Below, one piece after another: positions 39,343 through 53,915 of a stretch of DNA of 64,000 nt. The notes below the pieces were generated by a model, which was given only the letters and a program-made list of their open reading frames with translations, ran no database searches and had not been told where the DNA came from. A program made the translations under genes and the position numbers. Position 1 is the first letter of the stretch; each line of letters starts with the position of its first letter. The DNA is from Octopus vulgaris (Eukaryota): contig OX597828.1 of assembly GCA_951406725.2 (NCBI GenBank), positions 30,318,001-30,382,000 of the forward strand, in the 5' to 3' direction.

Positions 39343-41057
39343 ACTATATAAAATCTTCTTGGTTATCCTGAAATCTTTTGAGTGAGATTTATGCTGTAAG
39401 TTAATTCGAGCTGGAATGATGGCATACAGAATTGTTATTGATTAAATTTCGAATGTTTCGGAGTTTCGAATGTTTAGAATTAATTCATCCATGTATAGTT
39501 TCGTAATTAGGTGCGTTTATGTGTGCCATCTTCAGGTGGAAGGGTTTACAAAAGAATGCATTTAGGTTGGTAGTCAGCACTACATCTACATTATTTTTGT
39601 TGTTGCTGGTTTCATCTAGATATTAATAAGCCTGCATCCTAGAGTTGAATCCTGTGTTTTATCTTTAGTAGTTTGGTAACTACTCAGGTTAAAAGACTGA
39701 ACTTATCTGTAAGATTTAGCCCCAAGATTCTCAGAGAAAAAAGGTAAATATCACACTAATATCTAAATGAAGCCAGCAACAACTAAATCATGTAGCAGTT
39801 CTGCTGATTTAGATATTAATACCTTCTGTGTAATTCCAGGAAAAAATAAGAATATAGAACAGAAATAAATAAATACGATATAAACAACGTCTTCAGCTCA
39901 GTTAGTTCGATCAAATGGACAGTTACAGTCAGTGATAAACTGACTACTCGTGCATATTCTATCGACGTTTACAAAATCTTACCCAAAATCTTGTGCGATC
40001 TTGGTATCGAGGTGTTGAACTGAGTGAGTATGCCCTAAAATATATCCATACGTCACAGAAGCATTTCTTAATAGAGTCGCGAATTTAGATTAGTTACCAA
40101 TGTTAGTATATTAACGTTTCCAAATATCTTTGTTTTTTACATAATTAACCGATTTCTTCTTTTTGCTTGTTTTAAACCTCTACATCTAAGACTACAAACG
40201 AAATCTAACTTGTGATGTTTTAAAGTGATAAAAGCCTTCCGTTTACCAAGACATCCAATTCTCTTATTCATATTGACCTTATTAGCTATAGCTTTTATCA
40301 CGCTGCTAATTTCTTTACAAGTATAAGCATTAGTATACTTTCCTATTTTCCTAAGTCGTATTATTTATCAAAAGCTGTCTATACTTATCATTATCTACCT
40401 GGTAGAAGTTATGTTTATCAACGCGCCCAAACATTTTATCATAATATCTAAAAGTTGCTCGGTTTATATTGAAATGGTTTGGAAGTATTGCACTGGTTAA
40501 TAGCAGTTTGATATATGTCTTCAGAAGAAGTTATCTACACATATTATTATACACATCATATACATTGTTAGTATTATTAGGGAACGTAAACATATTAGAT
40601 GCTCTCAGCATTATTGACCGTGTACTGAAATGGTTTGGTGTACTTTCACAATTACATGTAAGACTATAGATCAACGATATGAACATAAAACGTCGATGTA
40701 TCTTTAACTCTTGGCTAGCAGATTTCAGATCAGCACATCGAAGCTATATCCTTCCGTTCCGAAACACGGAATCTCAAAGAGGAACCTTCCAACAAGTATG
40801 TTTCAATGCATCCGGCATTTTGCGAATTAATATGGTTATACATATATACATGCATGCATACGTACATACCTGCACGTGTGTGTTTGTGCTTGTGTGCGTT
40901 TGTATATGTATATGTGTGTGCGTGTATATATATATATATGTAAATATATAATTAAATATATATTTATATATATGATAGATACACACACAGAGTCATACAG
41001 ATATATACGCATTTATATAACCCACACACACGCACACACAAACACACACACACACAT

Positions 41058-41099
<42 letters not shown>

Positions 41100-42875
41100 A
41101 AATTGACGCATATATATAAATCTCTGCATCTGTCTAACTAATCAATTTATATATCTATCCATCTATTTATCTACCTATGTACTATCTATATATACATACA
41201 TCTCTCTCACTCTCAATCCCTCTCTCTATCTCTCTCACACGTGTGCCTGTATGTGTGTATGTACATATGATCACAAAATGCCACGGGAGAAAACCGAAAG
41301 CACTTGTTTGTACATTTTGCAAATTATAATTATTTTGGAGAAGAGAATCTTACTTGTTGGGAATGTTTCTTCGTGAAACATATAGTGAATATAGTGCTGT
41401 ACCAAAGCGGTAAACATATGTCGTCAATATCTCAAGAAACATTCCTATCTCTAAAGCAATTTTACATTTAACTGGGTAGCAAAGCGATGAAAGATACTAA
41501 TATTGAAGACTACATGCAGTCTAATAATGAAACTACAGGCAAAGCGTTGTAAGAGGTATTTTGTTTGGTAAGAAAAGAAATCTATATACTGATGGCGAAT
41601 TGTTTACATATTATATAATAGCAGCGTCTCTAGAAATATTAAAACATAAAATAAATTCAAGCAGAAAGTAAGGGAGTTGAAAACAACATATTGTCTCATA
41701 TTCATAATAAATCAAAGGATTTCTAGTGTTTTTCTTCTCTGGTTCTTTATTGAACAGAATATGTGGCGTACAATTTTGTAGTTAATGTTCACTCGAGAAT
41801 TAATTTTAACTCTGATGCGATGGAGCTAATATCATGCATGGAGAAACATTCTGAGTGAGAAACAAACGAGAATGAATGAAAGCATATTTGCAAAGGGTTT
41901 AGAATGTATTTCACATATAGGAAATGTTTTCGTTGGACAAACCTGCAAAATTATCCGGGATGTAAAAAGTCAATTTCAATATTACTACATCGTTCACCAG
42001 AAGGTAAAAAGACAATTGCAGAAAGCATTAGCATTTGACATATGCAATAAAGACAAAGGTATCAATATTAGCTTTAATTCTTTCTCACACATTCAATCAT
42101 AAGCAGTTTGGAACATTTTGGGAAAAGCTAGAATCATAATAAGCGAAGGTGGTTTTGCCATACTGCTGTGCGATAGCTTAGTTGTGGAAAAGTTATCTCA
42201 TAATTTTATGAAATGCAGCTGGTGCTTGACATTTCGTCTGAATGTTACTTAGGTAGGAATTGCAAGAATTGGCAGATATCTTAATGTGTTCAGTCTTACA
42301 TTACAAAGTGATTCTAAAATTTTATACGAAATATAAACTTAAGTGAATGCTTTCGCTTCAGATAAATATTTCCACACTCTCAGCTTACGATAAATAACTT
42401 AAAATGCTTTATCTGCCGTGAAAAATACATACATGCAGAATATTGCACACTTTTCTTTGGGATTTGCTCAAAACAACAGCCTTGTGACCCTAAAGCTACA
42501 TTTTCGTCAGTGCCTTTCAGATCTTGAGTAAAATAAGAATGTAGTAAAAAAATCATTCGAGAACCAATTTACTGCATCTGCATGTGACCTCCTTCAGATA
42601 ATTAACAGGATGTTATTGACTAGTCAAATAATGCTAAAGCACAAATACAAAACAGAATACATGCTTTAGGCTGGGTTTCAGCAGCAGGTAGAAACGATAT
42701 GAAAAGCATTTTCAATGACCACAGAATATAAGAAGTGAATGTATATTAACTGATCGCTATTTGCAGTTAAAATTTATTTTCAGTAACCACAAAATTTAGA
42801 TCACATTTTCACAAAATGTTACAGTACTTATTGATTGACAGGACATGCGATATTATGTTGGTCTATATTTCCGTG

Positions 42876-43150
42876 TGGAGTCGTGTGGCTTAGCGGTTAG
42901 GCGTGTTCAGCTAACGATCGTAAGGGCGTGGGTTTAATTGCAGCTTGTGCGCTGTGTCCTTGACCAAGACTGTATTTCACGTTACTCCAGTCAACTCAGC
43001 TGGAAGAAATATGTTGTAACTGTAACTCAAACGGGGACAGTCTTGTTATATTCTGCGCCACGCTGAATCTCTCTGAAAACTACGTTAAGTTTACGCGTTG
43101 CTGTAGGGTACTAAGCCACTTGGAGGTTAATTTTACCAGACGGCTCTAAT
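42876..43150 (+). mobile_element. tRNA-derived SINE (family A-related), decayed
   Basis: Head TGGCTTAGCGGTTAGG; body CGCTGAATCTCTCTGAAAACTACGTTAAG matches the reverse complement of 26010-26042. Confidence 0.8.
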
Positions 43151-43774
43151 CGACAGCGTCTCAGTTAATTTATATTTACGTAAATATCGTCAACGAAATT
43201 CAAAAATGTACACACAAACACACTCACAGAGGGACCCACACCTAAACACCCACCCACATCCATATCCCACACACACTCACAAATACACACACCTATTACG
43301 TGGTGGTTTATGTTTGTAATGGAAATTTTTCACAAAGTTTGAATCCCTATCAGCCATAGAAAAATTCAACCTCAGTGAAGCATAAAAATTGCTAATTATT
43401 AATCCTATACACACTCGAACGCTCGTGCGCGCTTGTATCAGATAGAATTCAGCAAATATGTGGCTAATATATGCCTAAATATAGAGCAAGATCTGCAGAA
43501 GTCTTTCGAGTAGTTTTTGAGATAGTGAGGTACTTTTAAGCTGATGTACCTCATAATGTTGAGGAAACGTTTAGTATTGTATGATGCTGTTGAATGGCCA
43601 GGTACTGTTGAATTCTAATCAGACATTTATCATTTACATTTCTTTCGTTACAATATTGAATAAAAGGAGGAAAGTCGTGACACTGTGTCGTTATGACACT
43701 TCAGCTTCAATTTTGTTGCGGTTGCCATGTGAATGTATCGCTGTACATTTAGGAAGACAGTCACATAAACACAA

Positions 43775-43837
<63 letters not shown>

Positions 43838-46445
43838 GCTCACACGCACACACATACACTCACACTCTCTCACACACATACATACACATGAACTCACAAA
43901 TATCCGTAACCTTGACACGCTTTTAAGTTTCATAATCTTGATGGTAATAAATTTAAAAAATAATCCAATTCAATATTGTCCATTCAATTTCAAAAGTAAA
44001 GAAAAAGATGGCAAGTTATGATTAGACGCAGTCTGTACGTTATATCTGTGGTATTTTCTGCCTGTCTAGAATCCGAACAAATTAGTTTATTGTGCATGTG
44101 GTTCCTAAATCACATGCTACAATTCCACTTAGCAAGCATTGGTCTAAATCCTTGAAGGGCGTTAAGTGCTCCAACCACTTGGTGTAACTGAAATGGACAC
44201 CAGATTACTTTAAAAAATACGGTTTTCATGTAGTTGTGCATGTTGACAATAAAAATCCTTTTGTTATTAATTTCTATAAACAGTAAACACGGTTTTCGTC
44301 GTCATCCTGCAAAACTACATTAGCATAAAAAAATAAAAAAATAAAAATGAAAAATGAAGTAGAGTCTATTTGCCAATGTAATGTAGCAGTCCTGATCAGG
44401 ACGATGCTGCTTCCTTTTTTGCCCCAGGAAAACATCTTTTCCAGCTGGCTATCGGCGTAAATAAAGTGACTGGTGGAAATTTAACACGATCCAGTACTGA
44501 AAATGTTTTAATAATTCAATTCACATATGACGCATTTTGTTCTTATTAATGTAAGGGGAATGACAATAACGGTTTATTTTTTATGTCTTGGAGACTATCA
44601 AGTGGATAGGGATATGCTATTATAATCCTATGCAGATAAGAACAACAGCGTGAACTCTACTAATGGCATCCATAATATTATAAAGCAAAGGATTAAGTTT
44701 GCGTCACAGGATATTGCATGTTAATGTTCTAAGAATGTTTGAACAAACATAACTGAGATTTGTTCTATAGATTATGCTTCACAAATGTTTGGTATGAGCC
44801 GTACGTTTTATTGAAACTAGAATCAGGTAATCACCAACAGATATTACGCTAATTACCAGGCAAATCTTTCACAATGCTAATATTTTGTGTACTGTCCTGG
44901 AAAATGGATAAAAAAAAGTAAGTACAAACTTAGGGAATCGGGAGTAAAAGAGTGATTACACCGGGCAACAAAAACAATTCATTGCCTGCTACCAAGACAA
45001 ATGCTGTTAGAGAAGAGTATGATGTGGTATGAGGACAGCAACGGCATCTTTCTGGAATACTAGCATCTTATATACAGAACACAGAAAATGAGAAGTAAAG
45101 TCAAAGTTGATGGGAAGTGAGAATCTAAATACTATTCTAAGTCTTTCTCCCCGACTTTAATTTGTAATAATTTTGGAAAGTGATAATATCCTCCGTTATT
45201 TACGCAGCATTTTCGGTACTCTCAATGGCAATTCAAAATGTTTGGTGCCTATTCTAACGCTCACGACTCGGAATGATTTCAATAGAGACACTAATAATAT
45301 GCACGATAGAGTAAGGAACAAATTGATTCCCAAGTGTATGATATACATATATAATTAGCATCTAAATTCACATAGAAAATCCTCTCGTGACGATATTTCT
45401 TCAGCATTATAATACAGTACAACATAGACCTCATATAAATAACAAAGAATATATGAAACCTGATCTGCATTAAATTAAATATTACTTGTTTATTAGATTT
45501 ATCGACAAACCACATTCACAAATTTTGTTACAATTTTTATCTATTTTTGAAACCCAAGAATGTTGTTTCAGATACGGCAACGTATTTCAATCAGAATTTT
45601 GGACTGCGTATTAATATGATTCCATCAGGTAGTAGATATAGAACAAATCCATAGATAAACAAGTCCATAGATAAATTTGATTCTCAGGCTTATCTGCATA
45701 TTTCGTGAACTCAAAATAAACAGCTAAAAAAAAAAATAAATACAAAATGGCCCCTTAAAAATCGGTTCCTTGTCGGAATATAATTTTTTGTATTCATTTA
45801 GATACCCTTTGAAATTCAAGGAAGAGTTTAAATAGTTCTTTTTTCTTATGTTCTCATTTTGTTTGTTTCTATGACTTCGAAAATGTTTGTTAAGAACTAT
45901 CTAGTTGTATTTTCTTTAGGGTTTGTTAACCTCTTTATAGTGTTAAGTCTGTTTCAAGTTCAAAGATTTCCATTCCAAAATCAGTTTGTGGGACACCTAA
46001 TGTCTGTCACATGTGAAGTAGAATGTCATGAGCGTGAAAACGGCTCAGAATTTTAGAATTTAAAATGACGTTTTGAAACAAGGAGCAGTCAATCAAATAA
46101 TACGCATTGGGGAAATTTATTAAAAGAATATTGTAAGTAGCCCATACATCACAGATATCCAATCCCCACTGTGCGGCAGATTGGGATAGGGCCTTGCACT
46201 ATAGTGGATTAATGCCTTGCAACTAAATTTGGCAGACTAAAACTGTGTGGCACCCACAGAAAGAAATCAACCAATTGATTCGTTCATTACAAATACAATT
46301 TGTAATTGAAACATTAAAATTATGCAAGACTTACCTCAGGTTTAAAATGTGACATTGTTTTCGTTATGGAGCATTATATCTTTGTTAGAAACCAAATGAT
46401 TTCTTCAGAGGAAGAATTTAAATGATTAAAAAAAACACACGTACA

Positions 46446-46479
<34 letters not shown>

Positions 46480-46554
46480 CATACATAAGTATCTAATGGG
46501 TAGGAATCAGCTTCGAGATTAACTATGAAGCAAAAAGCGTGTTTAGCTGACATC

Positions 46555-46740
46555 TTTTACTCGTTTCAGTCATTCGATTAGTAGTGACGCCGAGGCACTG
46601 CCTTCGAGTGTTTGGGCAAAGAATTCGCCACCAGTACCCATTACAAGTCTTGTACTTATAACATCAATCTCATTTACCAGATTGTTCTTACACCGGCATA
46701 AGGAGACCAAAAACCCGTTGGTCAAGCTGGCCAGCTGAGA
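46555..46740 (-). mobile_element. SINE family C tail, decayed
   Basis: CTTTTACTCGTTTCAGTCATTCGA is the reverse complement of the family C 3' end. Confidence 0.65.
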
Positions 46741-46793
46741 ACGTTCAAAGACTCATACACACACATATACATGTGTATTTATGTACATATGTA

Positions 46794-47998
46794 TTGAGTT
46801 GGCACATAAGTTCCTGCAGAATTTTTTTAATTTTGGAATTTATTACGTTTTTAAATTTTAGAATCTATTTTTTTCTAGTTAATATTATTTAAGTTTTGTT
46901 TATTTTCAGATCATTAAAATGGAATGTCAAGATAAGAAAAACGAGCATTTTCGACACCTCATTCTTTTTGCATTTAATCAAGGCTCTAAGACCGCAAAAG
47001 CTGCTCGCGACATTTATGGTGTCAGTGGAGAGGGGTGCCATAGCTGAAAGAATAGCTCGTGATTGGCATGCAAAGTTCAAAAATGGAAATTTTTACCTCA
47101 AATTTACCGTCCAGTTGAGTTCGATGAAGAGCGATTAAACCAAATTTTGCACGAAAATTCTCGTCAAATGACAAGGAAACTGGAAAATGGAATGCTCCCA
47201 CACTGATATAGTGAAGCATCTTCGCTCGATGTAAAACGTCAAGAATATGGGGCATGGGTTCCGCCTGCTTTAAGTGATTACAACAAAAAAATAACGAGCC
47301 ACAATTTCCGCTGGTTTGCTTACTCGTCACCGCTCAACTCATGGACACAAGCAACGATTTCCTTACAGAATCGTAACTGGCGACGAAAAATGGTACCTGT
47401 ACATCAATATGAAGCAGCGTAAGGAATGACTTAGCCCCGGTAAAACAAGCGACACAAGATCTTCATCCACGTAAAACGATGTTGTGCGTATGGGGCGACT
47501 GAGGAGGGATTATCCATTACGAATTGTCTGATTGGAAGCAAACTGTCAACGCGGAACTCCATGTTCAACAGATGAAACGACTCAACACGTCTATTCAAGA
47601 GAAAAGCATGGAATTCTTCAGCTTCACGACAACGCCCACCCTCATATCGCCAATATAACCAAGGAAGCCATTCAAACGCATTGCTGGGAAGTGCTGACAC
47701 ACTCGCCGTACTATCCTTATTTGGCACTAACGGGTTTCCACCTCTCGTTCTCTTTCAAATGCCATGCCAGAATTTCGTTCAATACTGTTGCAGATGTCAG
47801 TGCTTGGTTTGATGAATTTTTCCAGTCGAAATTGGGTGATTTCTACCAACGTGGTTTTAAAAATCTTGCTGAACGTTGGGAAGAAGTTGTACATATCAAA
47901 GGTGAATACATTATTGATTGATTAGTTGTCATTTTTTATTAAACGTTAAAAACTTTTTAATTAAAAAAAACCCCGCTGGAACTTAGTTGCCAACCCAA
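46794..47998 (+). mobile_element. Near full-length mariner (mellifera-like), pseudogenised transposase 46919-47921
   Basis: TA|TTGAGTTGGCACATAAGTTCC ... GGAACTTAGTTGCCAACCCAA|TA. Translates MECQDKKNEHFRHLILFAFNQG, RIVTGDEKW, LHDNAHPH and HSPYYPYLA, with stops and frameshifts. Confidence 0.95.
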
Positions 47999-50067
47999 TA
48001 TGCACGCATGTATGTATGTATGTGTGTATGTATGTATTGTCGAGAGTCAATCACATGATTTAGAGCGTGTTTCTATGGCATAGCAACAATGGAATCCCGA
48101 TTGAGGTGGCGTATGATCCAAACAAATACAGTGGGGCTATGACTTCATATTTTCAATCGAAAGAACTCACGACCAGAATTTTGTTTGGTTTTATTCTTCT
48201 TGAGGGGAACGTGCTTTATTTTACATTGTTCGAGTTTACTCGCCTGAAAATGAATATCATTCCAGTTGTGGTGCGGCCCTTTTTCTCCAGTTAACACTTG
48301 CTCGATATGCCGCTGGTTCAAGTGGTGCGAGAAATGAGGAGGGTGTCTGAGTGTGGTCGGATCAAAAACACCTGCAACACTTATCGAAAGAATGATACCC
48401 GTTAGAAATGTCATATTAGCTTAAGAGTGTTCACTGTAAACTCGGTAATCTGTAAGGAGATTGCGCATTTTTTCCTTTCTAGAACCTTAGCAGAACATAA
48501 AGGATGTGCATGTAGCGATATAATTGTATAGAGAGCAGCGTTCATAATATTTCTGCTGGACAAATCATATCCTACGAGAAAATTCTACAAACCTTATATT
48601 AAATGTTATATAATATAAAAAAAATCTTTAAACTCATTGATAATCCTCTGGCATATTCTCAATATTGCTTTATTCGAAGACACTTCACTTTGAACGATTC
48701 TGTACCCATATCTAAACAGGGCGAAAATTGTATGGTATATTATGTATTCAAATCTTAAGTAACAATTAATTTAAAAGCAAGGAGTCAGTGTGAAAATGCA
48801 GAGAGAACATTATAAATTAAATTTCGCTTTACTGGAAAGCCTTGATGTGAATATTATTGAAATGATTAAATGAACAAAATATTTATAACAAAATATTTGA
48901 TTTTCACTCTTTTTTAAATGCATTTGTTTTATGTAAAACTGTGAATGAATATATGATTAAAATAAAAGATTTCCTGTTAGGAAATTATAAATAATTTTTC
49001 CGTCATTCCATTATCATTTCGAATTGCTGTGTCGAAATTGGTGTTTTTATCCGCAAACGCCCTATAGGCAAGTATAAGCACAGTCAAAACGCATCTATGA
49101 ACATCCACCACATCTAATAAGAGCAGGCGAAACAAACTCCACCAATGACTATCGCGTCCAGTTTATCTTGCGTGATATCATACTTATTTTTAAATGTAAG
49201 ATCATAGAGTGTAAATTCACCGGTTCAAGCAGTGCCTCCTACGTGTTTGTAAAGTATATGATTATTCAATTGGTTGAAATAGACTTATATCATACTATAC
49301 CGGCTAGAAATTTCGCTAATAATGTTATCGATTCACAGAAAATTTCAGTTATAAACCTCTAGTTCGTTTACCGATTCAAAGAGCTGGAAACTATAACTGC
49401 TCCATCGTTATGACAAAATACATTGGCCCACGGAGCTTTAGCTCTCATGTAAAATACGAAATTGTACTGAATATCATTTATTTACCATTATCGCGCTTTC
49501 GAAAAGTAATGGCACCACGCAAAAGGTGGCCATCTGCTATTGCATAGTTTCAGCAAATCACAATTATAAGTGAATTTTCAAAGATGTTGATTCATTATTT
49601 TAACAAACAATTTCTCTTTAATCAGTAATTGAATTTAAGAAAAAGTTTACATTTAAATTAAATCTTCAACATTTTCTTTTCTTCAGTGAATCTAGATTTA
49701 AAACTGTTTTTCGCCAGAATTAAATCTATTGCTCAGTAAAACAGTTTAAAATTATGAATGCCAAACTTTATTACTTTTGTGAAGAATTAATTCTTGAATA
49801 GTATTGAAAATATTCATATTTGACAAAAAAAAATCTTTCCAAATTAATTTTTTACACTTAAATGGAAGGTGTGTTTAAAATATTTTAGATTTTTACAGAA
49901 TACTTAAACATTTTCTCCTTTTTTATATTGAACTTTAGGAAAAGGAAAGAGAAGAACATCGAAATATAATAAACGTGAAATTCGTTCGGAAATTTTGAAA
50001 TTTACCGATGCAGACTTGCATACTATACAGTGTGGAGAAGTGAAAATTAAATGTGGTACATATTCGA

Positions 50068-50662
50068 TCTTTAAATGATAGTTTTACTGTGAAAGTAAGA
50101 GAGTATGCTTTTAGAAGCTGAGTATTACCCACAAAGACGCGCTGTGCGCGCACATACACACATACAAAGGGAGAATTACATAATATAGAAAATAAAATAG
50201 CGTTCAAAAAATGTGTTCATATAAAAAAGTTTTCGTATAAAAATGCTTTAGGAAATAAATTTTAGGTCATGTTGTATGCAAGAGTGATTTTGAAGCAGAA
50301 GTTAAATCACATTTTACGGACACAGTTTTGCCGTCGGTGATATTATGAGGGATTTAAGGGAAATTTTAAAGGCTTTTTTAGAAAATGTGGCGTTAAAATA
50401 ACGTCACTTAATTATAGATAGCCCTTCCTCTTATGTCATTTCCAAGACAAAGAGTGCACCGCTTATATTCTGTTATTAAAAAGAGACCGAGGAGTTTCTT
50501 TTAAGAGGGAAGAATATTCAATTTGATATATCAGATGAAATGATTAACAGATTCTGTTCTTCAATTACAAAAAGTGGATTTTCCTTTCGGAATACAATTT
50601 TCTACTTGAGTAATTCGTTTGAATATATATATGTATTTATGAATAAGTGGGTGCCTTTGTGA

Positions 50663-50704
<42 letters not shown>

Positions 50705-51424
50705 GTTTGTATGTGCCTTTGTGTGTACATATCTCTCTGCATCAGTATATTGAACTCACACAATTTAAACAGGAGCAGTTGTATCGCTCCGATGACTTAC
50801 ATTAGCGACATCAGCTACAAAAACAAAATGATTTCACACTTCCTTGGGATAGAAAATGCACCTTTTTTAATTGAAGAACAGAAACTGTCAGTTAATCATT
50901 TCATCTGATTTTTTTTTTATTAAATATTCTTCCCTCTTAAAAGAAAATTCTTCTGTCACTTTTCTCTGTATAATTCGTAACTGAACATGAGCTGCATAAA
51001 ACACACGTGGTAAAAATTCTATCCTTTGTCTTGGAAATAACCTAATCGAAAAGGCTTTGTATAATTAAACCACATTGTTTTAACAACACATTTTCTAAAA
51101 AAGACCTTAGAAAAAAAATGTAACTTTCAGACTTTCGTCGGCAAAAATGTGTCCGTAAATTGTGTTTTATTTCTTTTGTGGCAAATTTATTTTTAGCTAT
51201 AACAAGACCTAACATGTAATGTAGGACATATGTTACAAGTGTTTATGCGAAAACTCTTCAGTAACATGTGATTCTCTGAGTTTCTGTGTGAGTGCATGCG
51301 TGTATGTGCGTAAGTGATTGCGTGTGCGTATGTGAGTGTGCGTAAGTATGTGTGTGTGTGTTTGTGTGTAAAACTCTACTTGTAAAAACACTATTATTTT
51401 TACAGTAAAACTGTTATTTGAAAA
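50068..51424. repeat. Old, diverged inverted duplication (~520-580 bp arms) with (TA)n in the spacer
   Basis: Perfect anchors at 50495-50518 vs 50923-50946 (24 bp) and 50530-50548 vs 50891-50909. Colinear weaker matches extend to ~50068 and ~51424. Confidence 0.85.
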
Positions 51425-51747
51425 CATTTGTTATTACTATATATTACTTTTATATACGTAGAAATGTAACAGAAATATTTACCTACCATGATACAAAAAT
51501 AAACCTTGTTTTATTCTAGTAAAATATGTATAAAAAAATTAACGCGTTTTCAACCCCTCCCTATTGTTTTCCCGAGAATATGGTGCAACATAGCCCAGCG
51601 CAAAGACCGCACAGAATTTCTTGGCATTCAACAACGATTTTTCTTCACTGTGTAGGACACGTAAGGACCACAAACTTTTCACAGATCCTATTATGCGGTC
51701 TCAAACATGGTCGGTTGCGGGTTCAAATATCCCAAGCATTATGTATG

Positions 51748-51826
<79 letters not shown>

Positions 51827-52545
51827 AAGTATATAAATATAGAGTATTCGTTAATATTCATAAAGCTCATAATCCCAGCACCAGCTGGAAATCTGAACCT
51901 AGTATCTCTATAGTATGTCTGAATATATTTTGCAAATGTATATAAAAGTTACGAAATAAATAAATAACGCTTCTCTTCATTACTTTTCTTTTCTTTTTTT
52001 TAAAATTATCGTACAAGTCTTCCTTCTTTCATCTCTTTCTACAAAATGCACATTGTCTGATGAAATTTTGCTGAAACGCGTTTCCATTGTCTTATTTTAA
52101 GATCAATTTTTAACATTTAGAAATAAAGTTTAGGAAGGGTTTCGGATTATTATGTTTCAAACATATATCTGCAATGCCTTATTATCTGACACACTCACCG
52201 TTCCCGTTTCCACTCATTTATTATTTATATCTGCAAAATGGAATTTAAAGATATGGATCTATTTTAAGAGAGTTACGAAAAACCAAGCCGGGAGTGAAGA
52301 GAATGTTCTGACATTTACTCTGTGATTATAATTAACATCAATACAACCCTAATCTACAATCTCGAGAATGTATCTCCACAGAATCTCATTAAAACTATGT
52401 ATTTTTCTGTTAGTTTTACCATCTCAAATTCTGGTAGGGATCACAATCATCAAACTATAGAGATAGAATATATGCTTGCACGCATCACCTCTGTATGTAC
52501 GTACGTATGTATGTGTATATATGTGTGTGTGTCTATGTGTGTGTG

Positions 52546-52576
<31 letters not shown>

Positions 52577-52867
52577 ATGCCTCTATATGCATGTGTATTT
52601 AATCTATTCGATGTTTGATGCTCATGAGGAACGAATTGTACAGGGAAAATTTTATGAACTTCTCTCTGGATCATACATGTATCAATACATGCATATAGTT
52701 AAATGCCTATATACAAGTGTGTGTGTTTGTGTATGTGTGTGTGTGTGTGTGCGTGTGTGTGTGTGTGTGTGTGTATGTGTGTGTGTGTGTGTTTGTGTGT
52801 GTGTATGTGTGTGTACGCGTTCTGGCTATACCTTGGTGAGATCTAAAATGCAAAAATGTGGTAGATA

Positions 52868-53515
52868 ATAAGTTCTACTACACATGCAAGGCCTGAAATT
52901 TTGAGAGAGGAAAACCAGTCGATAACATCGACCCCTGTGCTCGATAGATATTTTATCGACTGCGAAAGGATGAAAGGCAAAGTCGAGTTCGGCGGAATTT
53001 GAAAAGTGAATGCCAGAACTGACGAAATGCCGCTCCAAGTGGCGATTTGGCAAAATGTGTTAAATAATATCAAATATTGGCATAGGATCCAGCAGGATTT
53101 AAGATGAAAGAGAAGTTGATTATATCGAACTTAGTGATTGGCTTTAAGATTTTTTATTGACCACGAAAAGATGAGACGCAAAGTCAGTCTCGGCGGAATT
53201 TAAACATTATAATGCAAATCGGACGAAATGCAGCTATAACATTTCATATGCCGTACGCGATTGCCCAGGTTGGCCGTTCTGGAGTAAATATTATATTATA
53301 TTATGGTTTCAATTTTTGGTACGAGGCCAGTAATTTCGGGAGAGGGGTAAATCAAATACACCAACTCCTAGGTTTCAACAGGTACTTATTTTTTCGACTG
53401 CAAAAGGATGAGAGGTAAATCGATCTCGGCGGAATTTGAAATCAGAACATAAAGACGGACGAAATGCCGCTAAGCATTTTGTTCGGCTTACTAACGTTGC
53501 TGTCTAATGCTTTTC
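52868..53515 (-). mobile_element. Cluster of three tandem SINE family B copies
   Basis: CGGCGGAATTT plus the GGATGAAAGG/GATGAGA core recur at ~52965-53000, ~53165-53200 and ~53405-53445. Confidence 0.85.
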
Positions 53516-53915
53516 TGTAAGCGCGTGATAGCATTTTAAAATGTGCTGCTATAATACTTGCTGCTATAATACGGAATGTTTCCCAACGTATACATCTGTG
53601 TATAAAGGTATGTATCCAAAATACAACAAACAACGAGAAGGGGAAATCGCGTTAGAAAACTACAAGACCCCAAACTAAACTACATATCTGCATATATGTT
53701 TAAACTAAGACAAATACTAGTGTCATTCTGCCACGCGGGAAATACTAGCCAGCATCTGCAACGCACAAGAGAATCGACTTCTCGCTTAAACACCAGAGCA
53801 AAGACATGAACCCCTTACGTCATTTTAAGAAATGCAGAAATTGTGTTTTTGCAACCATCACTTAATTATTTCAACTATAACGGAATTTATTCCTTATAGT
53901 TAGAACTTAGCTGTT

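Noticed and set aside
46329-46420. Strong minus-strand donor GAG|GTAAGT
   Set aside because: An isolated site with no convincing acceptor or reading frame; expected by chance in 64 kb.
52868-53515. Regularly recurring CGGCGGAATTT motif suggesting a CRISPR-like array
   Set aside because: These are three tandem decayed SINE copies in eukaryotic DNA, with no identical repeats, unique spacers or cas genes.
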